A model generated the notes under the pieces. The model was given only the letters and a program-made list of their open reading frames with translations, did not search any database and was not told where the DNA came from. From positions 1,757 to 65,756 of the IMG/VR virus record IMGVR_UViG_3300032954_000011: a stretch of DNA of 64,000 nt. The stretch is one strand, 5' to 3'. Both the position numbers and the translations under genes were made by a program. Shown piece by piece: positions 39,233 through 48,029 of this stretch. This DNA comes from a virus (Duplodnaviria; Caudoviricetes). Each line of letters opens with the position of its first letter. The stretch's first letter is position 1.

Positions 39233-39489
39233 GGCGTGGCTACAACCTCCTCTAACTCAACAATCGAACCCCAGGGAATCACCAAAGGGTCTAACATGCC
39301 TTCGTTGCTCGGCGAGAAGCTCGTCGAAATAGTGACAAACTCCTCAGTGGCAGCGGCAACGAAACCAATGCTTTGAATTCTGGGGGGCTGATAGTTGTGG
39401 TGGGGGTCGTATTTCCAGCCGTGGCAACTTACTGAATCTAACCAAGTTAGCAGGACGAGCGTACCTCGTTCCAATTCGCGGGCTTGCAC
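39172..39489 (-). CDS. Conserved phage hypothetical protein
   Basis: W.DS...GW...SIGF...IP.G.I pattern; AAGGAG upstream. Confidence 0.6.
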   Translation of the reverse strand: MQARELERGTLVLLTWLDSVSCHGWKYDPHHNYQPPRIQSIGFVAAATEEFVTISTSFSPSNEGMLDPLVIPWGSIVELEEVVATPCSTSSEMCTEKSPTTCLSS

Positions 39490-39508
39490 TTTATGGGGGT
39501 CTCCTTTG

Positions 39509-39539
39509 CTTTAGACGGACGGGAAGGGGAAAACTTAAG
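39509..39539 (-). promoter_or_regulatory. Phage sigma-dependent promoter candidate
   Basis: CTTAAGTTTTC-N11-CGTCTAAAG, copy 2. Confidence 0.75.
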
Positions 39540-40434
39540 GCTTGCGAGAAATAAATCTGCCGCGGCGGTCGCGGCCATAGTAGAGAGGGTGGGCATAGTG
39601 ACGAGTGGCAGCAGGCGTGGGATAAAACGGGGGAAACACCGGCTTTCCGCCTGGTCCGAGGGGTGCAGGAGGCGGGGCAGGGGGCGCAGCCGTCGTCGTC
39701 ACCTCGGCCTCCCGAACCGCCGTCGCAAACTTTGAGGTGGCCAGGGTGGCTCCCTCTTTGCCCACAATGCGATAAAAGTAGCGCGAAATCTCTGAGGCGC
39801 CTAGCTCAATCCAGCCCGAGGTGGGCGGCTCCTCGTTAGGGGCGCAGCGCAGAATACAAAGCGACATGCAGCCCGTTGGGTACTTAAGGTGATGCGCGCG
39901 AAACTTCTCAGCAGACATGATGTGCCCGCAACACCCGGATTGAATGAAGCCAAAGTCTACGTGCGTGCGGCCATTCCAGCCGTCAGCGGTACGCTTAAAG
40001 GGGTCGAGAATCTTTCTGTCGGGGAGTTCGCCCCAGAAGAAGTTGAGTTTGTTGCCGCTGTGGCCCTGATTATGGTTGGGAAAGGTGGTTACGAGGCGCC
40101 AGCCCATTTCGGCGAAGCCCTGCTGTGTAGGGCGGTCGTTGTAGGAGTAGGTGGCGAAGGCGAAGCGCGTCGGGATGAAATCGTTGGTGGCAAGAGGTCT
40201 GACGCTTCTTGCACCGGAGCGCTGATAGTAGTAGCGGAGTTCCCACTCCGAATAATATTGGGGGTCAAGTTCGCGGCGTCTCTCCGGAGGAACCGGCGGC
40301 GGTACGTTGTAGTCCGGATACACATAGCGCCCCCCAAACCAGCCCCCGACATGTACCTCCGCCAAATCCGGGTACCAGAGGTAGGTTGGCAGGTCTAAAA
40401 CTGGCCGAATTTCCTGTGAAACTTCAGCGTCCAC
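39535..40434 (-). CDS. Hypothetical protein, paralog of 40424-41065
   Basis: Shares FAFAT..GW..N..GH.GN...FW..CCG. Confidence 0.55.
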   Translation of the reverse strand: MDAEVSQEIRPVLDLPTYLWYPDLAEVHVGGWFGGRYVYPDYNVPPPVPPERRRELDPQYYSEWELRYYYQRSGARSVRPLATNDFIPTRFAFATYSYNDRPTQQGFAEMGWRLVTTFPNHNQGHSGNKLNFFWGELPDRKILDPFKRTADGWNGRTHVDFGFIQSGCCGHIMSAEKFRAHHLKYPTGCMSLCILRCAPNEEPPTSGWIELGASEISRYFYRIVGKEGATLATSKFATAVREAEVTTTAAPPAPPPAPLGPGGKPVFPPFYPTPAATRHYAHPLYYGRDRRGRFISRKP

Positions 40435-41065
40435 GTTGCACCTTTACGAGCGTCGCAAACGCCGAGGTCGGGGAGGGTTCTTTTTCGCCCCGCGGCGGCG
40501 CCGAAGCCCGCACCCAAAACGAGTTTTTCTTGCCGCGGCCCAAAAGCTGCCAATGCCACCGGGCGAGAATCCGGGTCTTGGGCGGTTGAATCAGCAAGAT
40601 AATTCCTTTGTCGTCGAGGGCTTTTTTGCGGTCGGTGCGGAATCCGCCCCCGCAGCACCAGGTGAAGCGGCCGCCGTGGGCGGGACTACCTTTTTCTGGG
40701 TCCGGCCCCTTTGGGCGGGGCCCGTTCTGCGGAAACGCCTTCCACCAGAACGTTACCGCATTCCCGGTGACGTGTCCGCGCCAGTTGCCGCCGACGATGA
40801 TTTTTTCCCAGCCGAGCGTCTCTAGGGCTTTCGCGGCTCCGCGCTGCTCGGTGTTGGTGGTCGCGAACGCGAAGGGGTGTTTGATTTTCGCTTCGGCCTC
40901 GCGAATGTCGTCGATGAAGAGCTTCTTGCGCTCGGCATAAAGGCCGGTGTTCGGGTTGGGCTTGCCGTTGAAGTCAATTTCCACAAAGCTCTCCCCCATC
41001 CCGTATGCAAAGCTCCCGAACTCCGCAAGCTCGGACGTAACCGCTGCTGTTCGACTGTTGCTCAT
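40424..41065 (-). CDS. Hypothetical protein, GNAT-like motif
   Basis: FAFATTNTEQRGAAKALETLGW. Confidence 0.55.
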   Translation of the reverse strand: MSNSRTAAVTSELAEFGSFAYGMGESFVEIDFNGKPNPNTGLYAERKKLFIDDIREAEAKIKHPFAFATTNTEQRGAAKALETLGWEKIIVGGNWRGHVTGNAVTFWWKAFPQNGPRPKGPDPEKGSPAHGGRFTWCCGGGFRTDRKKALDDKGIILLIQPPKTRILARWHWQLLGRGKKNSFWVRASAPPRGEKEPSPTSAFATLVKVQRGR

Positions 41066-41802
41066 AGCTCCAGAGCCTCCCAACTTTCCCGCAAATCCAC
41101 CCCGGGGTCGCCCTGTAGGCGGCGCCGGCGCTCAAAAATCCTCTCCACCAACCGCCGCGCATCATCGTCGCGGTCGGCGTATCCGCGCGCAAACTCCTCT
41201 AGGTGTCGGAGTTCGAGTTGCGCCGGGAAGTCGTTGAGGCGGGCCGGGCGAAACGCAGCCAGCTTCGCCAACGTCAAGCAAACAAAGGCACTTAGCGGTC
41301 GGAACAACCAACTCGCCATCGCCCGGTACTCGTAATGGTTGTCGGCGCCGGAGGCCCGAACGTCCCCGAAGTGGCCGTAGCGCCCGCCATCGCGCCGGGC
41401 CTTCGATTCCGCTGAGGGGAGAATCTCTAAGTTTTCGAGGCTCAGGGTCAGCTTGTCGAGGGCGCCGGTTACGTGGTTCCGGTTCGCGGTGGCAATCGGC
41501 ATACCGAGGTGAACGTGGCCGCCGAGCGTTAGTCCAGGCCCCGCGACCGCCCCAGCCTTCCAGCGGTATTCGCGGATGGCCTGCGTGGCCTCGCCGTTTA
41601 GCAGCCGCTTCATTTGCCGCACCAGCGAATAGGCCTTGAATTTTGGGGCGGGCCGTAACTCCACAACCCGCCCCCCGTGGTCCGAACCCACCTCACCGTG
41701 GACGTGAGGAAAAAAGCGCTCCACGTTGATGATTCCGTTTCGCGGCCCCAGAGCCACGAACTCCGGGTCACACCCCAGTTGAAATTTGTTCAAGTACGGC
41801 AC
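41062..41802 (-). CDS. phiEco32-like COOH-NH2 ligase (amidoligase)
   Basis: LGCDPEF, VELRP, GGHVHLG, YGHFGDVR, YEYR. Confidence 0.8.
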   Translation of the reverse strand: MPYLNKFQLGCDPEFVALGPRNGIINVERFFPHVHGEVGSDHGGRVVELRPAPKFKAYSLVRQMKRLLNGEATQAIREYRWKAGAVAGPGLTLGGHVHLGMPIATANRNHVTGALDKLTLSLENLEILPSAESKARRDGGRYGHFGDVRASGADNHYEYRAMASWLFRPLSAFVCLTLAKLAAFRPARLNDFPAQLELRHLEEFARGYADRDDDARRLVERIFERRRRLQGDPGVDLRESWEALEL

Positions 41803-42310
41803 GGATTTTCTCCCTCAGCTTTTTTAGGCGTTGGCTGAGCGCCTGTTCGGAAATTTTTAGCTCGGCCGCGAGTTGGCGTTGGCGGCCGTTTTTGCGCGCC
41901 GAACTCCCGGCATGCGCCAGTAACAAACTTTTCACCAGTTGCTGTTCGGCGGGTTCGAGGCGGTCAAGGAGCTTGAGCAAGAGGTCGGAGTCTTCGAGGG
42001 AGACAAACTTTGACTCAACCGCGAAATCTAGATGCTCCAAGGGAACCTCAGCCCGCTGCTGTTGCTCGCGCAGAATATCCATGCAGGCATTGTGGGTGAT
42101 ACGATAGACCCAAGTTGAGAGGCGCGACTTCCCCTTAAAAGTGGGAAGCGCCAAAAGAATCTTCGTGGTGATGTCGGCGGCGATGTCGTCGTCGACGCGG
42201 TGGAGTTCGAACCAAACCCGAGAGCGAACCTTCTGGAAGATTTGATTTCGCAAATCCCAGAGGTTGTCGTCGGTGGGGTTGGCTACCCAGGTTGCGTGCG
42301 CGGTGTTCAT
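41768..42310 (-). CDS. ECF-type RNA polymerase sigma factor
   Basis: Region 2 FKGKSRLSTWVYRITHNACMDILR; region 4 HTH QLAAELKISEQALSQRL. Confidence 0.85.
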   Translation of the reverse strand: MNTAHATWVANPTDDNLWDLRNQIFQKVRSRVWFELHRVDDDIAADITTKILLALPTFKGKSRLSTWVYRITHNACMDILREQQQRAEVPLEHLDFAVESKFVSLEDSDLLLKLLDRLEPAEQQLVKSLLLAHAGSSARKNGRQRQLAAELKISEQALSQRLKKLREKIRAVLEQISTGV

Positions 42311-43083
42311 CGCCAGACCACCCGCCAACCTTGGGGGAGTATGGGTTCGATTATAGGTTGACGTTCGGGTCGCTGCGGGATTGGTTGCGCCGCAGGGGGC
42401 GGAACCTCGGCCGCGCCAGCTGCGGGCATAAAGGCCGCATTCTGAATCACCTCAAAACCCGGGTCCGGAAACTGGGGGTCAACCGCAACGATACCCGGCG
42501 CTGCACCCCGGACAGCCTGTTGGGCTTCTAGGTTATACCAACCGGCCTGCGGCGCGAGCGGTGGTGCCTCGCGTTCGACAGCGGGGCGGGCGTTCGCAAC
42601 TCGCCGTAGCTGTTCAACGGCCTCTTGTACACGGGGGTCTACCGGCAAAGGATTGGGGTCGGGCGGTCGGGGTCGCCGGGGCTGCCAAGCATACATCGCC
42701 ATCTGCGGGACGCGCCGCTGCCGGTTCCCGTTCGCATTCCGCACCCTGTCCGGCGTGTGCCCTATGAACTCTACATACTTATGCCACCAAAGGGAGCGCT
42801 TTAGGCGCACCCCCCGCAGCTCCCGGAACGCGTAAATATGCACCAACTCCCGCAAAACCGGGTGCCGCTGAACCGCATCCAGAACCGCGCGCCAATTCTT
42901 GACCTTTGTTCCCTCTAGTTGGTAGGCGGCGAGAAACTTCTTGATGTCCGACCACCGGGTGTAGACGGCGCGGCGGCGTCGCATTACCACCCGCGCATCC
43001 CCGTTATCATCTCGCTCGATTTGCCGAACCGGGGCCTCCCCCGGATTTTCGGCCAGCAAAATCAACCTCACCCTACTCGCCAT
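42307..43083 (-). CDS. Hypothetical protein with a Pro/Ala-rich C-terminus
   Basis: Coupled between the ATP-grasp and sigma genes. Confidence 0.55.
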   Translation of the reverse strand: MASRVRLILLAENPGEAPVRQIERDDNGDARVVMRRRRAVYTRWSDIKKFLAAYQLEGTKVKNWRAVLDAVQRHPVLRELVHIYAFRELRGVRLKRSLWWHKYVEFIGHTPDRVRNANGNRQRRVPQMAMYAWQPRRPRPPDPNPLPVDPRVQEAVEQLRRVANARPAVEREAPPLAPQAGWYNLEAQQAVRGAAPGIVAVDPQFPDPGFEVIQNAAFMPAAGAAEVPPPAAQPIPQRPERQPIIEPILPQGWRVVWR

Positions 43084-43813
43084 TGTCGCCCTTTCGCTTG
43101 GGGAAGTTGAGCTTCACCCAGTTTGCGATTTTGTCCGCGAGCGCCTGAATCACCTGCCGCCCGGGGCCCTCGACGCCGGGGGCCGAGTTGACCTCCAGCA
43201 CGTAGCAGTGGCCATCGGTGCCGAGTAGCACGTCTACCGCGCCAAAGTCCAGCCCCAAAGCCTCGACAGCGCGACAGGCCAAATCAATGGATTCGCGGTT
43301 GAGGCGTTCGGCCGGGACGAGCTGGAACGCATATCCGTTCCGGTAGCTGCGCCCGAAACGCTTGGTGCCGAACCTCCGCACCTTGACCTTCTCGTAGCTG
43401 CCGAGGTGCCGGCGCCGATAGACGAACACCCGAAATTCGGTGCGGGACGGAACGATTTGGGTGAAGAAATCTTGTGTGGCAAGTCGGGCTGCGGCGAAAT
43501 CTCGACAATAGCGAATATCGCGACCAGCGTGGTGGTGGAAGCGCCGCGACAGCACCGGGGGTCGCAGAGCCTGTAGGGCGCGGCTAAACGGAACGGTCCG
43601 CACCCCTGCCCCCGAAAGCGCCTCAAGTTCCTGAAACTTGTTCCGTCCCCCAACTCGGGCGTTGAGCGCCGGGAGTTTCCCCCCGTAGCGCACCCCATAG
43701 CTCACCACTGCCTGGGGATTCCCGCCGCCGAGCGCCAAACCCCTCTCGCGCAGCAAATCCGCCAACACCCGTCCGGTGGGGCGACTGCCCCGTGCGACCA
43801 AAAGTTGAATCAT
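43073..43813 (-). CDS. ATP-grasp (RimK-like) peptide ligase
   Basis: EFRVFV, ALGLDFGAVD, VLEVNSAPG. Confidence 0.88.
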   Translation of the reverse strand: MIQLLVARGSRPTGRVLADLLRERGLALGGGNPQAVVSYGVRYGGKLPALNARVGGRNKFQELEALSGAGVRTVPFSRALQALRPPVLSRRFHHHAGRDIRYCRDFAAARLATQDFFTQIVPSRTEFRVFVYRRRHLGSYEKVKVRRFGTKRFGRSYRNGYAFQLVPAERLNRESIDLACRAVEALGLDFGAVDVLLGTDGHCYVLEVNSAPGVEGPGRQVIQALADKIANWVKLNFPKRKGDNGE

Positions 43814-43826
43814 CGGCGTTCTCCTG

Positions 43827-44828
43827 TTACTTCTTGCGAATCTTTGAGGCGTTAATCACGCCGGTCGCCAGGTTCGCCCCGCACTTAATACAATACCACC
43901 GATTCAGTGGGGTGTTGCGGTCGGCGAGCTTGAACAGAAACACCACCCGACAATTCGGGTTTGGACAAAGCTGCCGCTCCTGGGGCATGCGTTCCTCGTT
44001 CACCTCAGTGTTGAAGCGGCGCTGACGCTCCTCGTAAAACTCATGCACCCGCGTGTAGGTAGGTTGTGTAAACTGGTATGCGGTTTTGAAATCCGCATAA
44101 TGTTCCAGGCCGTCGGGGCCGAAAATGTAGGCTTGGTCGTTCGCCATGGTGAGGTAGGCGAGGTCGAGTTTCTGTTGCTGAAACGGCAGGCCGTGTTGGT
44201 AAATCCATGGCCGCATGGCCTTGTGAATCAAGTGCTTTTCACTGGCGAACACCAGCTTTTCGCCGTTGTTGTAGGTGGCCATAACCACCGGCGAGCCGGA
44301 GCGCGCCAACAGCACGGTGTCCGGATACTTCTCGGAAATCGCGCACATCGCCACTGAGCCCGAGACGCGATTCAGAGTGCGAACCGCCTTTAGAGTGAGG
44401 CCGTCCTGGGCCACGATGGCCCGCAAAATATCGGAGTCAGTCTCGGCCACCCTCTCTGCGTGCAGCTCCCGAAACAGAGTATCGTCATTGTGAATCACCC
44501 CGTTGTGGACCACCGCGTTGATTTCGTCCCACATTGGGTGGTTGTTGACGTTTTTGCGCGGCGAACCCTTGGTGGCTGCCCGGGTGTGCACCATCGCGAA
44601 CCACGTGTGGTCGTCTAAATTGTCTTCTAGAAACTCGGTGTAGCTGGGCCGATTCACCAGCAGGTTTGCCGGGCAGTCCTCCTTGAGAACCTTGATGCCG
44701 TCGGCCCCATAGAGTGCGATACCGGTGGCGTCGTTTCCGCGATGCTCCAGCCCCAGCAGCAGCCCCCGAATCTGATACTCTTCGATGGGACCGCCTTTAT
44801 ACCGCCTGATTCCTCCAATTCCACACAT
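43827..44828 (-). CDS. Class II glutamine amidotransferase with a C-terminal zinc ribbon
   Basis: MCGIGG, RG.DATG, HTRAAT.G, NNHP, HNGVI, TDSD, FASE. Confidence 0.9.
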   Translation of the reverse strand: MCGIGGIRRYKGGPIEEYQIRGLLLGLEHRGNDATGIALYGADGIKVLKEDCPANLLVNRPSYTEFLEDNLDDHTWFAMVHTRAATKGSPRKNVNNHPMWDEINAVVHNGVIHNDDTLFRELHAERVAETDSDILRAIVAQDGLTLKAVRTLNRVSGSVAMCAISEKYPDTVLLARSGSPVVMATYNNGEKLVFASEKHLIHKAMRPWIYQHGLPFQQQKLDLAYLTMANDQAYIFGPDGLEHYADFKTAYQFTQPTYTRVHEFYEERQRRFNTEVNEERMPQERQLCPNPNCRVVFLFKLADRNTPLNRWYCIKCGANLATGVINASKIRKK

Positions 44829-44841
44829 TGGCCTCACCCCC

Positions 44842-46356
44842 TTAGATTTGAGCGATTATACTCCCATACAACTTTTTCGGCTCGACAGGGGGCTTCTTGG
44901 CCCACTCCGCCGCGGCCGCCTCGGTTTCGCTGCCCGCCTCCCACAACGGCAGCAAACCCGAAGTCAAAACCTTTCTCACCCGCCCCACATACGGCCCTGC
45001 CAAAACCCCCTTGCCGAACAAAATCCCATTATAGTCGCCCCCGCTGCGCACCGCAACCTTCGCATGGTCGGTGAGCGTCTCGCTTAGAGCCTCGGGGAGT
45101 TTCGGGGCGCGCTTTGCCCAATAGGGACTCACGTAGACATAGTCCCCTTCACGTCCCACCGACAGCACCAGCTCCGCCCCCTCTAGGCCCACAATGCTCC
45201 AACACAGCTCTCCGATGCCCGGTTGGACGCGGGTATGGGTGCGGCGCATCAACGGGAAAAAGGGCGGCTTGGTCTGATGATAATACTTCCAGAAGCCCCA
45301 CACGTTCCAGGGATTCGTGGGAATCGGTCGGGCCAATGACAGATAATCAAAGAGTTGTTGGCGCTCGATTTCGCGCCCCGCAATCATATCCGGCACCACC
45401 AAACCTTTTGGGATTGGGGCAGCCACCAAAATCCGCTCCTTGATAGAGCCGGCGCCCCCGATGCCCCAGGGAGTGCGAAAATCATTGGTATATTGGGGCG
45501 GCGGAAACCCATGAAGTTGAAGTCCCCGCAGTGCCAGCGCCGCATCGTCGTCACGGCCCTTGAAGTAGGCCAGCAAATTGAGAATGGTTTGCTGCGCCAC
45601 CCGCTGCGTCGCATCGAGCCGAACGGCCAGCGCCAGGTGCGGCTGCACCACCGCCAGCTTCGAGAGCACCAACGACACGTAGGCAGATAGCGGCGATGCC
45701 AACCAACTCGGGAACGAGCGGTATTCGTAGCCGTGGGCCTGGGCGCGAACGTCACCGCGGCGCCCGTAGGGCGTGGCGGAGGCTCGCGCAGCGGCCTCCT
45801 TTGCGTCGAAAACCCCCGCCGCACACATCAAAATCATCATGTTGTCGAGGGCCCGGACTTCATTGGGTTGGTCGTGTTTGCGCTTTCGCCCAAAGTGAAC
45901 GTGCCCCCCAAGGCCGTCGTGGCCGTCGTAGGCCCCGCACCGCCAGTGAAACTTGAGGCACTCCGGGACAAACTCCGCCATGGCCCGCAGCTCGGCCAAA
46001 ATACTCGCCACAGTATCAAGACAGAAGCGGCTTGCGGTGGGGCGCAGCTCGGCAATCCGCCCGCAGTTGTCGGCCCCAAACGCCAAGCCGGCTTGTAGGC
46101 CGCAGTTTTCAGCGTTTACTTTGTGGCCGTCGCTGTCGAAGAAACTGAACTCTGGGTCGGCCCCCACCGCAAAGTGATTCAGGAGCCTCGGCGCTGCCGG
46201 AATCAGACTAAAGGCTTTGGGCTGCCAGAACTTCGCCTGCCACTCATCGAGCTGCTGACGGGGAACCTCCAACGGAGTTGAGAGCTTCGACCAATGGGGG
46301 ACGCCCTCAACCGCCATGGCGAGGCGAAACGCGGATTTTTGCTCCTTAAAGCTCAT
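44842..46356 (-). CDS. phiEco32-like COOH-NH2 ligase (amidoligase)
   Basis: VGADPEF, AELRP, GGHVHFG, YGRRGDVR, GYEYRS. Confidence 0.82.
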   Translation of the reverse strand: MSFKEQKSAFRLAMAVEGVPHWSKLSTPLEVPRQQLDEWQAKFWQPKAFSLIPAAPRLLNHFAVGADPEFSFFDSDGHKVNAENCGLQAGLAFGADNCGRIAELRPTASRFCLDTVASILAELRAMAEFVPECLKFHWRCGAYDGHDGLGGHVHFGRKRKHDQPNEVRALDNMMILMCAAGVFDAKEAAARASATPYGRRGDVRAQAHGYEYRSFPSWLASPLSAYVSLVLSKLAVVQPHLALAVRLDATQRVAQQTILNLLAYFKGRDDDAALALRGLQLHGFPPPQYTNDFRTPWGIGGAGSIKERILVAAPIPKGLVVPDMIAGREIERQQLFDYLSLARPIPTNPWNVWGFWKYYHQTKPPFFPLMRRTHTRVQPGIGELCWSIVGLEGAELVLSVGREGDYVYVSPYWAKRAPKLPEALSETLTDHAKVAVRSGGDYNGILFGKGVLAGPYVGRVRKVLTSGLLPLWEAGSETEAAAAEWAKKPPVEPKKLYGSIIAQI

Positions 46357-46850
46357 GGATGTGTCTCAATCGGAACAGCTTTATAGTAGGCGAGGTGCGT
46401 CACAGCATCGCGCCCAAACCCGAAACTCGTTTTGAGGCCCCGGGTTGGATAGAGACCATTTAGAAGGCCCCGGTCACTTAAATCCGGGTGATAAATCTCA
46501 CGCAGCGGCCCTATCCACGATTTGTTGGGCAGGCTTCCCGGCAAGCCAAACTGCTTGCCCGACGGAATCCAGCCCAAGCACCGAATGTCGACAAGATTTT
46601 TCCGGTCGATTTCGGCGGCGATGTAGGAGCCAATCCGCCCACGAATACAACGGTCAAGCCCAGAGTAGGCGAGATTTTGGGGCGGTTTGCCAAAGTAGGT
46701 CTGGTATTGGCGAAGTTGGCCTTTTGGCGCAACCTCCCAAATCAATACCAGTCGCGTGGGGTATTTGCCCGGAAAGGGGCAGGGCTCGGGGTCGCGCCGG
46801 TGCGGGCCACAAACAATTTTTAGGGCTTCCTGGAGAGTCCAGTGTTTCAC
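46353..46850 (-). CDS. Hypothetical protein
   Basis: Coupled ORF. Confidence 0.5.
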   Translation of the reverse strand: MKHWTLQEALKIVCGPHRRDPEPCPFPGKYPTRLVLIWEVAPKGQLRQYQTYFGKPPQNLAYSGLDRCIRGRIGSYIAAEIDRKNLVDIRCLGWIPSGKQFGLPGSLPNKSWIGPLREIYHPDLSDRGLLNGLYPTRGLKTSFGFGRDAVTHLAYYKAVPIETHP

Positions 46851-47058
46851 GGCTCAACCTCTACATCATGTCTTTCAAACGACGTGCACGGCGAATTCTC
46901 TATTTCTGGTGGCAAGAACATGGCGCAGGTTAACTTTTTGGTGCAATTTCGACAACGATAGACCTTTAGTCCGCAGTAGCCTAATGGGTGCCCGACATTG
47001 TGGTAGCAGTCCTCGCTAAACCAGTCGTGTTTTCTCGCACTGCCGGCCTTTGGGTCGC

Positions 47059-47652
47059 TCATCGTTCCCCCAACGTCGCCTTCACTCCCGAAACCGCCGC
47101 ATTGAATCGCGCCCGGTGCTGCGAAAACCAATTAAACATCCAGTCTTGCTGGCACTGTTCGCTGCACAGAAGCGCCCCCCACTTTTTGCGCCGGGTATGC
47201 TTACCGCAGACAATACACTCTTGGGTCTTCACGACCGACTTTAGTGCCTTTACCGTCAGTTTCGCGCACAGCGGATTGTTGCGGAAATGTTCGGCACGAA
47301 ACTCCTTTGAGTGACCGTTGCAGCCGCACACTCGGCACTGGCAAAAGGCCGCCCCGGCCTCGTATCGGCTACCCGTCCAGAAGCGATACTCGGCGAACGG
47401 AAGGTAGCCGCGGGGGTTTTCTTTCATTCCCGCGCCTGATGCCGGAGTGTGGACCATTCGTCGCCCCACCCAGCGCCCAGACTCATCCCAACAGCTTTGG
47501 ACCTCCGGGGTGACGCGGGCTGGATAAGCCGGTGGCACCCACGGTTCGACGTATTTGACGAGCTTTTTGTAGCGCCGGCCCGGGGTGCGGGCGAACATGG
47601 TGCGGAAGACCCAGTTTGGGGGCCAGAGTTTCACGGGCGACCCCCACGCCAC
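47059..47652 (-). CDS. Zinc-finger hypothetical protein
   Basis: CRVC, CIVC, CSEQC. Confidence 0.55.
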   Translation of the reverse strand: MAWGSPVKLWPPNWVFRTMFARTPGRRYKKLVKYVEPWVPPAYPARVTPEVQSCWDESGRWVGRRMVHTPASGAGMKENPRGYLPFAEYRFWTGSRYEAGAAFCQCRVCGCNGHSKEFRAEHFRNNPLCAKLTVKALKSVVKTQECIVCGKHTRRKKWGALLCSEQCQQDWMFNWFSQHRARFNAAVSGVKATLGER

Positions 47653-47852
47653 AACGCCTTCCGGCGCCGCCAGATATGTCTCCGACGCGCCTCGACAAGC
47701 TCGTTGACGGCTTGGTCAATAGCAAAGTTCATCGCCTTGCTCGCAAACAGGGGGATTGGTTCCCCCCGCAGAAAGCGCAGCGCATAAAACTTCGCTCGTA
47801 ACAGTTTCCGCATCTCAGCTCCCCCACCCAAACCAACTTTGTTCGTGGTCAT
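47631..47852 (-). CDS. Hypothetical protein
   Basis: Contiguous ORF. Confidence 0.4.
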   Translation of the reverse strand: MTTNKVGLGGGAEMRKLLRAKFYALRFLRGEPIPLFASKAMNFAIDQAVNELVEARRRHIWRRRKALWRGGRP

Positions 47853-48006
47853 GCTGATAGTGTTTCTCCAGCATGTCTAACACTTTCCGGGCGCTCCGGC
47901 AAAGCGCACAATCAGCGCCACATTCGTGTCTCACCACCATCGCGGCGGTCGCAAGAACCTTTACGCGCTTTAGAAACTTCGCTTTGCGCTCAACCTTCTT
48001 CGACAT
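47815..48006 (-). CDS. Small hypothetical protein
   Basis: GGAG RBS; HEC..DC.LC. Confidence 0.5.
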   Translation of the reverse strand: MSKKVERKAKFLKRVKVLATAAMVVRHECGADCALCRSARKVLDMLEKHYQHDHEQSWFGWGS

Positions 48007-48029
48007 TCTCGCGCTCCCCCGCTCAAAAT

